This document shows, piece after piece, positions 22,791 through 33,063 of a DNA stretch of 64,000 bases. Location: positions 4,960,001 to 5,024,000 of the forward strand of contig NC_092680.1 of NCBI RefSeq assembly GCF_964355755.1, written 5' to 3'. A program made the translations under genes and the position numbers. The first letter of the stretch is position 1; every line of letters begins with the position of its first letter. Source of the DNA: Antedon mediterranea. Taxonomy: Eukaryota > Animalia > Echinodermata. The notes beneath the pieces are model-generated. The model worked only from the letters and a program-made list of their open reading frames with translations, was not told the DNA's origin and did no database searches.

Positions 22791-23471
22791 CCTTAACATT
22801 TCTACAGCAATTTTTTGGTTAAAAAGATTATTAGTTGTAGTTATAAATATATTCATGTAGACCTACATTTGCGTTAACTAGCATTGTATAGCCTACACAC
22901 ACGTTTTAACCGGTTTACACATTTATTTCTAAAACAAAATGGACAAACGATACAGAAGGACTTGCATCATCGGTGAAATAAAACAATCATCCAATGCGCT
23001 ATCCAAATGCTAAAGCACTGCTTTAAGCAAACACGCTCTTTGAAGAGATGTTTCTCTCGCTTGCCACCGCCCTCTATAGAAAGTTGTGAAAACAAAGCGT
23101 ATAAATCGTCTGCGTAGTATAATTACTCTACTGACATTTCTGCGCCGAGGGTTAATTGACAACAACAATATGCCTCTGTACAAGTGTTTTTAATTTCATC
23201 AAAATCAGACTATGCTAACAATTTGTAAATTGTACTTTATCATGACCTATTATAATAATACCATGCTTGTACTTTTCAATGTTTTAATCGGATCGATGAA
23301 ATGTAACTTTGTATTTGTGTTACTAACTATTTGTCCTACATTTGTAACTTCCTAATTAAAATGTAGACAATCTGTGTCAGTTATTGACATTATATCATTA
23401 TACATTATTCACAGTCATTACACAAATTCAACTGGTTAACATAAATTTGAGTTTCATTAATGTTACATAAC

Positions 23472-23585
23472 CGCGTGTGATTGATTCTGCCACGGAAAAT
23501 AATTGCAACAACATATGTCCTTATATGAAACTAATCTAATATAATTTACAATTAAAGTTGTTAGATTGTGATGTGATTCGTTTAG
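23472..23585 (+). promoter_or_regulatory. Conserved upstream module (gene at 23877)
   Basis: CGCGTGTGATTGATT...AAACTAATCT...GTGATTCGTTTAG. Confidence 0.55.
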
Positions 23586-23876
23586 GACGCACGAAATCAA
23601 ATCAATAAAGTCAAATGAAAGGAATATAATTTAATTGGCGAACTACAGAAGCTTACAACCCTGGTGACTCTTTAGAAACAAACAAAAACTGTTGCTAAGT
23701 TATACTGCAAGATAGCAAATTCTTTATGTTGCAGATAGATAATCTTTAGTTTATGATATATATATAAATGTTATTTCCTGATCAATAGACACACTGAAGT
23801 TTCTATTATTGAAGGATGAGCATATTTCAATTATTTCGATTTATATCGGAAGTTTAAAAGATACTATATTGTAAAC

Positions 23877-24767
23877 ATGGGAGGTTCGTCGGAACTGGAT
23901 ATTATATATGGGAATTCCAATAGTTGTTGGGTTGTTCAAGATACTGAAGGAACAATTCAAGAAAATCAGTACTTATTTTATATACAACAATGCATATATA
24001 TATTGTGTGTACTTTCATTTCTTTCAAACATCTACGTTGTAGTTCTAATAGGTTCTTCAAAAAGGCTTCACAAGAAACGAAATATATTTGTGAGTTTTCT
24101 TGCCGTGACTGATGCAACAACCTCGATTTATATTTACTTTATGAACGGACTATATTCTGTAGATAGAACTGTAATTTTTTGGATAATAAGAATTGGATAT
24201 TCATTAAATTTAATATCAGTTTGTTTCATAGCATGTATCGCAGTCGATTGTTATATTGCACTTGTAGGAGCACCGCTTAAATATCATATTATTGTTACTA
24301 CTAAAAGATGTGTACTCGTTGTTATGTTTGTGATAGTTACCCAAATTACATTCGGTTTTGCCGTTTCTCTGATCTGTTTTAGCTGTTTTGTAGGTTTAAT
24401 AGTAATATATATTGTAGCCAACACCACTCTGTATATAATCATTTACTTTCGTATTCAAAGTCAACGTAAACAACTGAATCGAGCAAGACATAGAAACAAT
24501 AGCAGTAGCAAGATGCTGAGAACATTTTGTATTATCACTGGCGTCTCTCTGATAACATGGGTAGTAGCGTGTGCAGACTCATTTTTGCCCAAAAGTGCTT
24601 GTAACACACGCGAATATGAAGTCCTCTTACTAAGGCGATTTATCATTATGATATTGGTAACCTGTAATTCTCTTGTAAACCCGATCTTGTATGTGTTTAG
24701 AATGGACGAATTTAGAAAAGCTATAAGAGAGATAAAGTGTCTGAAAAGTATGTATCGACATAATTAA
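23877..24767 (+). CDS. Class A orphan GPCR (DCY)
   Basis: 296 aa; LAVTD, AVDCY, PLKYH, NPILY, FRKA. Confidence 0.92.
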   Translation: MGGSSELDIIYGNSNSCWVVQDTEGTIQENQYLFYIQQCIYILCVLSFLSNIYVVVLIGSSKRLHKKRNIFVSFLAVTDATTSIYIYFMNGLYSVDRTVIFWIIRIGYSLNLISVCFIACIAVDCYIALVGAPLKYHIIVTTKRCVLVVMFVIVTQITFGFAVSLICFSCFVGLIVIYIVANTTLYIIIYFRIQSQRKQLNRARHRNNSSSKMLRTFCIITGVSLITWVVACADSFLPKSACNTREYEVLLLRRFIIMILVTCNSLVNPILYVFRMDEFRKAIREIKCLKSMYRHN

Positions 24768-24819
24768 TTAAAAGAACGACAGAATTCGAAGAGGTGAATA
24801 TAATATTGAAACGCTACAA

Positions 24820-25180
24820 ATAGAAGAAACGCTAAATAGTTGCTTATATACAACAACAATGACTTGTATTGTGTATACTTGTCTTCATTTTCATATTCAT
24901 TGTAGTTCTACTGTTGCCTAAAAATTAGTTCACAATAATCGATTTATATTTGTGGCTGATGCACCAAATTCTGTGTATACTTCCTGAGCATAGTAAGTAC
25001 TGTGCTGTACTTTATACTGGAGTTATTTGGACTATAAACATTTTATATCAATTAGTCGCTATTACATACTGTAGCCCTTACATATCCTATTCTTGTTACT
25101 ATTAAAACATACGTACTCATTGTTATCAATGTATGAGTTAGCACAAGTACCTAATCTGGCAAGAAACAGTAGATGAGAAC
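24820..25180 (+). pseudogene. Heavily decayed GPCR relic
   Basis: Collinear patches (gaagaaacgcta, tatatacaacaa, ttgtagttcta, ttcacaataatcga, gctgatgca, ttgttactattaaaa..gtactcattgttatca, aatctggcaagaaac) match paralogue CDS in order. Confidence 0.6.
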
Positions 25181-25736
25181 TATATTAATACATCCGTCTT
25201 AGATTTAGTGACTTATTTAGTCTCGATAAACTTTTCCCGAAATGTTAGTGATTTCAATAAAAAGAAAATATAACAGCCAACTTTCTATGTATATTTACGT
25301 TTGAAAAAACAACAACATTAGCATTGGCAGTTATTTGTTCATCTACAGTCAAATAGATAAAACAATAATAGTAACATTTACTAGTTTGGGAATCGTCTCT
25401 TGAAGGTAATCGTGTTTTCAATGTTGTCCGAGAAATATGGATCAATGAAGTGGAGAGATTATTATCATATTTTTTTTTCTGTTCGAGATTTTTTTATTTT
25501 TTTATTATTCATATTTCATACAGAGAAACACATAAGGATTATTATCATAATTATTTTGTTTTTGCTGTTTCTACCTTTGTAACTCTCTAATTAAAATGTA
25601 CATAATCTGCCCCAGGATGAGGAAGACAATATTGCCAATATTACACTAATTTTTACATTATTTCTACATTACTGGCAGTCAACTTGAGTGATGAAAATTT
25701 CAAATAAGAATTTGGATTTCATTAATGTTACAAGAA

Positions 25737-25830
25737 TGTGATTGATGTTTGTCATCATGCAAGGACTTGATAGAAATAAATCTCGTGTCATTTTACAATC
25801 AGAATAGTTATATGTGATTGGTTTAGATAT
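25737..25830 (+). promoter_or_regulatory. Conserved upstream module in front of a 5'-deleted pseudogene
   Basis: TGTGATTGATGTTTGTCA...GTGATTGGTTTAGAT. Confidence 0.5.
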
Positions 25831-25879
25831 TTACAGGACGCGCAAAATCAAATCAATAAGGGAGGAGAATGTACGTTAC

Positions 25880-26254
25880 AAAGGAAATATATTGTACTCA
25901 ACACTGCTGTGTATATAATAATATACATTCGTATTCAGAGTCAGCTTATAAACATGAATCTTAGAAAGAAGCAAAAACAGAAGTACTGGAAAAAGTTTGA
26001 GAACGTTTTGTATTATCCCTGGCGTTTCGTTGGTAACATGTAGACTAGCAGGTATAGACATAGTTTTACTTGAATTGTGTTGTCATTTACGGGATAATGG
26101 ACATATCTTACTAATGAAATGCTTAAGCATGTTTTTGATAAACAGTAATTGTCTTACGAACCCAATCATTTACGTGTTTAGACTGGATGCGTTTAGGAAA
26201 GCTATAAAGGAAATAAGTTTAAAAAGTATACATCAACTAAGCGGACATAAATAA
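25880..26254 (+). pseudogene. GPCR pseudogene, TM5-helix 8 only
   Basis: YIVLNTAVYIIIYIRIQSQ, then frameshift, then RTFCII...NPIIYVFRLDAFRKA; 5' half deleted. Confidence 0.85.
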
Positions 26255-26469
26255 AACTAGAATAGAAAATAGTTTTAAAAATCTACTGATATTGACGTTT
26301 TTTCATCGTCTGATATACTTTCAACTAAAGTTTAAATTTAATAATTTAGTGGCCAATATATAATAGTCAGGAGAGGGGAGACAGGACGTAACTTAATTAT
26401 TAAAGAAACTATATTATGCAATAGAAAACAGCATACTTATAAATCTACATATCGTATCAAATTAACAAT

Positions 26470-26965
26470 ACTGTATTTCCTTATAGCTTCCTCAGAAAGG
26501 CTTCACAGGGAACGTACCATATTTATAGGCCCACGTTTATAGGCCCACGTTTGTAGGCTCAAGCTTGAAGGCCCAAGTTTTTAGGCCTAAGCTTGTAGGC
26601 ACAAACTTGTAGGCACAAGTTTTTAGGCCCAAGTTTTTAGGCCCAAGTTTGAAGGCCCAAGTTTGTAGGCCCAAGTTTGTAGGCCCAAGTTTGTAGGCCC
26701 AAGTTTGTAGGCCCAAGCTTGTAGGCCCAAGTTTGTAGGCCCAAGCTTGTAGGCCCAAGTTTGAAGGCCCAAGTTTGTAGGCCCAAGTTTGTAGGCCCAA
26801 GTTTGTAGGCCCAAGTTTGTAGGCCCAAGTTTGAAGGCCCAAGTTTGTAGGCCCAAGTTTGTAGGCCCAAGTTTGTAGGTCCAAGTTTGTAGGCCCAAAT
26901 TTGTAGGCCCAAGTTTCCTATAATATAACACATTCTATGTATTTGCTTCTTGAACGGACTACATA
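26470..26965 (+). pseudogene. GPCR relic (TM1-TM2) interrupted by a minisatellite
   Basis: ctgtatttccttatagcttcctcagaaaggcttcacagggaacgtaccatatttatagg before the repeat and ttcttgaacggactacat after it match paralogue ICL1/TM2. Confidence 0.65.
26522..26916. repeat. 14-bp minisatellite, about 28 units (TTTGTAGGCCCAAG)
   Basis: Direct tandem repeat, more degenerate at the left end. Confidence 0.96.
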
Positions 26966-26970
26966 TATGT

Positions 26971-27056
26971 TGTGCGATTGATGTCAACCCGGCAATAAGA
27001 ATGTCAACACTCGGGAATTACGTAATCAAAATGGTTAGTTATGATTGGTTTAGATT
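26971..27056 (+). promoter_or_regulatory. Conserved upstream module (gene at 27197)
   Basis: TGTGCGATTGATGTCAAC..AATGTCAAC..TTACGTAATCAAAATGGTTAGTTATGATTGGTTTAGAT. Confidence 0.55.
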
Positions 27057-27196
27057 ATTTACAGCACGCAGAAAATCAATATTCCAAGCAGTATGCAATG
27101 AAATGAGTGAATAGTGAAATTTGTTTGGCGAAGATACTGTAGTACATGAGAAACTTACTTAGGAATTTGCTATTTCTCATTAGAAGACAGTACTGA

Positions 27197-28087
27197 ATGG
27201 TAAGCATGGAAGAGTCGGAACTACATACTGTTTATGGAAACTCTACTTGTTGGGAGCCTCAAGATAGCGAAGAAACACTAAATGAAAATCTCTACTTATA
27301 TTTTATACAACAATGTATTAATGTGTTGTGCGTACTTTCATTCCTTTCAAATATCTCTGTTGTAGTTCTAATAGCTGTCTCAAAAAGGCTTCACAAGAAA
27401 CGAAATCTATTTGTTGGTTGTTTAGCCTTTGTTGATGCAACACACTCTTTCTATCTTTACTTTTTGAACGGACTTTATGATATAGATAAGTTTATATTTT
27501 TTTGGATTATACAAATTGAATATTCGCTCAACTTAATATCAATTTGTTTCATAGCATGTATCGCAGTGGATTGTTATATAGCACTTGTAGGAGCACCACT
27601 TAAATATCATATTATTGTTACTACGAAAAGATGTGTACTCGTTGTCATCACTGTGATAGTATCCCAGATTGCCTTTGGTTTTGTTCTTTCCATAATCTGC
27701 CTTGGTTGTTTTCTCGGTTTGATAGGAATATATCTTGTAGTTAACACTACTGCGTATATAGTAATATACATTCGTATACAAAGCCAGCGTAAAAAACTGA
27801 ATCGAAGAAGAAATAAAAACAGTAGCAGTAGCAAAATGCTGAAAACGTTTTGTATTATCACAGGCGTATTTTTGATAACATGGATATTAGTATGTGTAGA
27901 CGCAGTTTTGCTTACAAATGCTTGTGATTTCTTCAAAGATTCGGAAGGTATGCTGCTAGCGTATTTTATCTCTATTTTATTAATACTCATTAATTCTCTT
28001 GCAAACCCGATCTTGTATGTCTTCAGACTGAATGAGTTCAGAAAAGCTATAAAAGAAATAAGTAATTTTAACAAACTTTGTCGATAA
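27197..28087 (+). CDS. Class A orphan GPCR (DCY)
   Basis: 296 aa; AVDCY, PLKYH, NPILY, FRKA. Confidence 0.92.
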   Translation: MVSMEESELHTVYGNSTCWEPQDSEETLNENLYLYFIQQCINVLCVLSFLSNISVVVLIAVSKRLHKKRNLFVGCLAFVDATHSFYLYFLNGLYDIDKFIFFWIIQIEYSLNLISICFIACIAVDCYIALVGAPLKYHIIVTTKRCVLVVITVIVSQIAFGFVLSIICLGCFLGLIGIYLVVNTTAYIVIYIRIQSQRKKLNRRRNKNSSSSKMLKTFCIITGVFLITWILVCVDAVLLTNACDFFKDSEGMLLAYFISILLILINSLANPILYVFRLNEFRKAIKEISNFNKLCR

Positions 28088-28499
28088 AGTATCGATTGTT
28101 GAATTATTGGTTTATACCAATTATTTAGAACTTTGTTTGATATTGATATTATACTGGTAGACGATTTCTACAATTTAATTGTCAATATACAGTTTATTTA
28201 CCACTTTATATCGACAATTGTCAAAGGGAGGCGGAGCAAATAATGTGATGATGGATGAAACAAGTTTAAATATAACTTCAAAGATAATAAGCTTTATTTC
28301 ATATTGGGCCAAATACGCAAACACTGAGAGTCATGGTGACTGATGTGAGTAAACCAAAGAGTAATTGTTGCTGCAGCTTACTTGGCATCAATATCACATC
28401 ATTTATATACATTTAATAAACGTAATCGATGAGATTTGCAATTGTCAAAACACTAACGTAACTATAAACTAGGAAAATCAATGAACCAGAAGTTAAAGT

Positions 28500-28668
28500 C
28501 ATTGTGTGTATTTTCCTTTCTTTAAAGTATTATGCCGTAGTTTTGTTACTGTTACCGTACTCGCAAGTAACGAAATTTATTTTATAATTTTCTAGCCGAG
28601 CCTTTGCTCATACAATAAAGTATAGGCCTATGTAACATTACCTCTTGAGCGGACTACATGCTGTAGAT
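28500..28668 (+). pseudogene. GPCR relic (TM1-TM2)
   Basis: attgtgtgtattttcctttcttt...tcttgagcggactacatgctgtagat matches paralogue CDS (e.g. 16561-16586). Confidence 0.6.
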
Positions 28669-28684
28669 TTTACAAGCAAGTATT

Positions 28685-28796
28685 GGGCGTATGATTGATA
28701 TTTGTCAAAACGGCAATAAAAATGTCATCAACTTGATACAAACCAATCTCGTAACACTTACGTAATTAAAACGGTTAGTTGCGATTCGTTTAAATT
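28685..28796 (+). promoter_or_regulatory. Conserved upstream module (gene at 28984)
   Basis: GGGCGTATGATTGAT...AATGTCATC...AAACCAATCT...TTACGTAATTAAAACGGTTAGTTGCGATTCGTTTAAAT. Confidence 0.55.
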
Positions 28797-28983
28797 ATTG
28801 TACAGCACTATCAGATCAATATTAAGCAGCATGACATGTACTGTATAATGGAACTTGCTTGGCGAATCGAAATTTTACTTACTATTTTGACAAAATGGAT
28901 GTTATACTGCAACTATTTTTCTTTCTTTTTTTCTGGTGCAGACAATGAGAACTTTTTAGTTTGATATAAATAGAATTGTAGTC

Positions 28984-29862
28984 ATGGGAGAATCGGAACT
29001 TGATATTATATATGGAAATTCTAGCTGTTGGGAACCTCAAGATACCGAAGAAACACTAAAAGACAATATTTACTTATTTTATATACAGCAATGCATGTAT
29101 GTATTGTGCGTACTTTCATTCCTTTTAAATAACTCTGTTGTAGTTCTGACAGCTGTCTCAAAAAGGCTTCACAAGAATCGAAATATATTTGTGATTTTTC
29201 TAGCTGTAACTGATGCAATTAACTCGGTCTATCTTTACTTTATGAATGGGTTTTATGTTCTAGATATTTCTGTACTCGTTTGGATAATAAGAATTGGATA
29301 TTCATCGAATTTAATATCAGTTTGTTTCATAGCATGTATCGCAGTGGATTGTTATATAGCACTTGTAGGAGCACCACTTAAATATCATATTATTGTTACT
29401 ACTAAAAGATGTGTACTTGTTGTTATCACTGTGATAGTAACTCAGGTAGCTTTTAGTTTTGCTGTTTCTATATACTGTTTTAGCTGTTTTGTCGGTTTGG
29501 TAGGAGTATACATTGTACTCAACACTGCTGTGTATATAATCATATACATTCGTATACAAAGTCAACGTGAAAAACTGAACCTAGCAAGACATAAAAACAG
29601 TAGCAGTAACAAAATGCTGAAGACATTTTGTATTATCACAGGTATCTTGTTGGTAACGTATGGACTAGCAGGTATTAACGTACTTTTGCTCGAATATTAT
29701 TGTTATTTTTTAGATAATGAAGATATCTTATTAATGAAAATGATCAACACATTTTTGGTAATCATTAATTCTCTTGCAAACCCGATGTTGTATGTGTTTA
29801 GACTGGATGAGTTTAGAAAATCTATAAGAGATAGAAGTTGTTTGAGAAAATTTTGTCGATAA
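28984..29862 (+). CDS. Class A orphan GPCR (DCY)
   Basis: 292 aa; AVDCY, PLKYH, NPMLY, FRKS. Confidence 0.92.
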   Translation: MGESELDIIYGNSSCWEPQDTEETLKDNIYLFYIQQCMYVLCVLSFLLNNSVVVLTAVSKRLHKNRNIFVIFLAVTDAINSVYLYFMNGFYVLDISVLVWIIRIGYSSNLISVCFIACIAVDCYIALVGAPLKYHIIVTTKRCVLVVITVIVTQVAFSFAVSIYCFSCFVGLVGVYIVLNTAVYIIIYIRIQSQREKLNLARHKNSSSNKMLKTFCIITGILLVTYGLAGINVLLLEYYCYFLDNEDILLMKMINTFLVIINSLANPMLYVFRLDEFRKSIRDRSCLRKFCR

Positions 29863-30482
29863 AGTATTGTTGTTACTATTATTATTGTTCATAGTTTGTT
29901 GGTTTGAATTTTAATGATGTAACGTTTATAAAAACATGTGTTTTAAATGTGTATTTAAAACAAATGAAAAAAGAAACTACCAAATTAGTATTATCGAAAA
30001 TAAAAGTCTGATGTTAAATGAAAAACGTCAAACGTTAAATAAAAGTGTAATTATACTATAGGCATCTGATAAATAATTTTAGCCAGAGCGTTTATTTGTT
30101 TTTATTTTTTTAAATGCCTCTGTATACAGAATAATATAGATTTTAATGTGTAATTTGAACTATCCTCATCGAAAAGAAAGTGCTTGTTTAAAAAAAAATA
30201 TCGTGTACTGCAAAGTAAAAAAAAAATGAATATGAAACTCGATATTGATAAGTATTGGATTATTTTTCTCTACTGTAAACAACCCTAAAAATGCATCGCC
30301 GTAACTCAAATGAAACAGAAAATTAATTATGCTATAACGTTATGCAGAATTGCCAAAAACTTTACTGACAGTTATTATAAATTTTGATGGACATATTTGT
30401 TAAGTTTGAATTTAATTAAACCTACAATAAATTGATAATGAAGAAGCGATAACTCTATAATATTATAAGATTAGACAACAAA

Positions 30483-30590
30483 GTGCGTTGATTGATGTTT
30501 TATCAATACCATAATCACTTGCAATAACTTTTGAAACCAATCTCATAAAATGTCATTAATTAAATCGGTTATTTGTGATTCGTTAAGATT
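30483..30590 (+). promoter_or_regulatory. Conserved upstream module (gene at 30795)
   Basis: GTGCGTTGATTGATG...AAACCAATCT..AATGTCA..CGGTTATTTGTGATTCGTTAAGAT. Confidence 0.55.
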
Positions 30591-30794
30591 AGTCGATATC
30601 AGATCCTAAAATGGCAATAAAAGCGTAGAAGTGGAATTTGTTTGGACACTTGATGAAGCTGTAATATAAGCTTTATATCGAATAAATCAGTTGGATATCA
30701 TCAAGTTGGAAAAAGTGATTCATTTTTATATTTATTCTTCAAGTGATTGACATTTCAGGATTGGATTTCGAAATATTTACTAAATATTGTAAGA

Positions 30795-31661
30795 ATGGAT
30801 AAATTTGAGGAGGAATTTATATATGTGAGCTCTAATGGAAGTTGTTGGAACGCTACAGATATAAAAGAAACGCTCAAAACCAACAGTTACTTATTTTATA
30901 CACAACTATGTGTATATTCATTGTGTGTACTTTCATTCCTTTCAAATATTTCTGTTGCATTTCTAATTTTTGTCTCAAAAAGACTTCACAATAAACGAAA
31001 CGTATTTGTGTGCTTTTTAGCATTGACTGATGCAACAAACTCAGTATATCTGTACTTTTTGACCGGACTTCATGATATAGATACGAATACATTTGTTTGG
31101 TTTATAAGAATTGGATATTCACTGAATTTAATATCAGTTTGTTTCATAGCATGTATCGCAGTAAATTGTTATATTGCACTTGTAGGAGCACCGCTTAAAT
31201 ACCATATTATTGTTACTACTAAAAGATGTATACTCATTGCTATCACTGTGATAGTATCTCAGACTATCTTTGGTTTTGCTGTTTCTATATACTGTTTTAG
31301 ATGTTTTGTCGGCTTTGTAGGAATCTATGTTATAGTTAACACTGTTGTATATACAGTCATATACTTTCGTATTCAGAGTCAACTTAAAAAACTGAACCTT
31401 TCAAGAAATAGAAACAACAACAGTAGCAAGATGCTGAGAACATTTTGTATGATTACAGGCGTATTGCTGACAACATGGGTTCTCGCTGGTATCAATTCAG
31501 TTTGGCTTACCAAAGCGTGTAATTCAAAAGAATACGAAAAGATGCTGCTAAAATTTTTTCTCGGTTATCTGTTATTAACCATTAATTGTCTTGCAAACCC
31601 TATATTGTATGTGTTTAGAATGGATGACTTTAGAAAAGCTATAAGAGAAATATGGTGTTGA
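30795..31661 (+). CDS. Class A orphan GPCR (NCY)
   Basis: ATG at 30795 (ttgtaagaATG context shared with paralogues); AVNCY, PLKYH, NPILY, FRKA. Confidence 0.92.
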   Translation: MDKFEEEFIYVSSNGSCWNATDIKETLKTNSYLFYTQLCVYSLCVLSFLSNISVAFLIFVSKRLHNKRNVFVCFLALTDATNSVYLYFLTGLHDIDTNTFVWFIRIGYSLNLISVCFIACIAVNCYIALVGAPLKYHIIVTTKRCILIAITVIVSQTIFGFAVSIYCFRCFVGFVGIYVIVNTVVYTVIYFRIQSQLKKLNLSRNRNNNSSKMLRTFCMITGVLLTTWVLAGINSVWLTKACNSKEYEKMLLKFFLGYLLLTINCLANPILYVFRMDDFRKAIREIWC

Positions 31662-33063
31662 ACAAACCACTTGTTCCGGCGGAGTATTTTTTATTTGTCA
31701 TAGTTTACTTATTAATTCAAATTGCTTTTCAGAAAAGTTCACAACTTAAGGACAAGAAGAGTCAATAACGTGGATGTGTCATAAAAGACAACCAGCACTT
31801 TAGAATACAAAGAGAAACTATTGTTGGAAGGCTTTCGCTGCGGTTTTAACAGAAACTAAATTTTCTTAGTGGGAAAATGTAGATGCAGTCTAGAATCAGC
31901 TGAACTAAATAAGTTTTTAAAACAGACAATAATTGCTGATATAACATTGTATTATGCAGGTTTACCAAATGATTACAGGCTGTTATTTCCCAATTTGATT
32001 GATTGATATGATATTTTAAAATTACAATTTTTAATTTTAATAATTTACAATAAATTGATAACTAACGAATGGAAAAGAATTGCTTAATTATCAAAATTAC
32101 CGAACACAGTGTTGTGATTTTCTACATCAGGAACTAATTTTACCGACGTCATGAAGCAATTTACGTAATATAATGGTTAGTTGTGATTAGTTAGATTTAT
32201 CATAACGCGTCAACTCCAAGTATAATAGAACCGTAATCACTGACATTGATTGACACAGTAACTTTCATCGTTTTGCATGCTACGACAAACTTAGGTGAAA
32301 TGCAAATTTGATGTGAAGATGCCAAACACCTTTCTTCTGGTACAGACAATTAAACTAAATGAGATGGCTTACTATAAAAACAAACTCAATCACAAAAAAA
32401 TGTTATTAGAACTTTATTAATTGTTGATTAAAAAGCTGTCAATAATTAATTTTAAAAGATAATTATCGATGCGATAAACTTCAAACAAAACTAATAAGAA
32501 CGTGATGATTAAAGACAATCTTGGCGTGGTGATTGATGTGTTGTACCGAAGATGTAATAATTGCAATGGTTTGATTGGCATTGGATAACATACATTTATT
32601 AACGACTATATTAATATTCTAACACAGTTTACTTAATACTAACATTAGATAATGTACATGCGATTAAGCGGGTAGATATTAATCCTTATATAGAAAGACA
32701 TCGTTGCTATAATTAGACGCCAACACAACAGTGCCGCAACTAAACTAGAAATAACAAAAGGAACTGTTGGAGAAGCGTAATGTTACTTCAACTTACAATA
32801 GTGGCCAGTCGCCAATTATATTATTCAACACATATTTTGTTCGTCGAATGATAAACTTGGATTTTCTGGACCAGCCTTTCGAAAACTGCATCTTCGTTCA
32901 TGAGTATATTGTGCGAAAATATATTTATAGTTTCATGAAACGTATGTTGAATGCTTTTAATATCCTTGTTGGTTGTGTTTGCAAATGTTCCACAACTAAA
33001 AATGTATTGTCTATGGAGAAGTATTCTATATATTTAAGCTTAGAGTTTGCGAATTCAACAATA

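Noticed and set aside
26537-26987. Minus-strand ORFs with LGPTNLGLQTWAYK repeats
   Set aside because: Artefact of the 14-bp minisatellite.
7603-31382. Similar antisense ORFs (...SFSSNNNMIFKWCSYKCYIT...) over the homogenised tract in several paralogues, as a possible overlapping gene
   Set aside because: Starts and lengths vary and many paralogues lack them; the similarity follows directly from the DNA identity of the tract. Ribo-seq or stranded RNA-seq could reopen this.
32767-33063. 99-aa N-terminal extension of the last GPCR
   Set aside because: Non-ATG ORF-track start and no homology to paralogues, which begin near MADSEQ.
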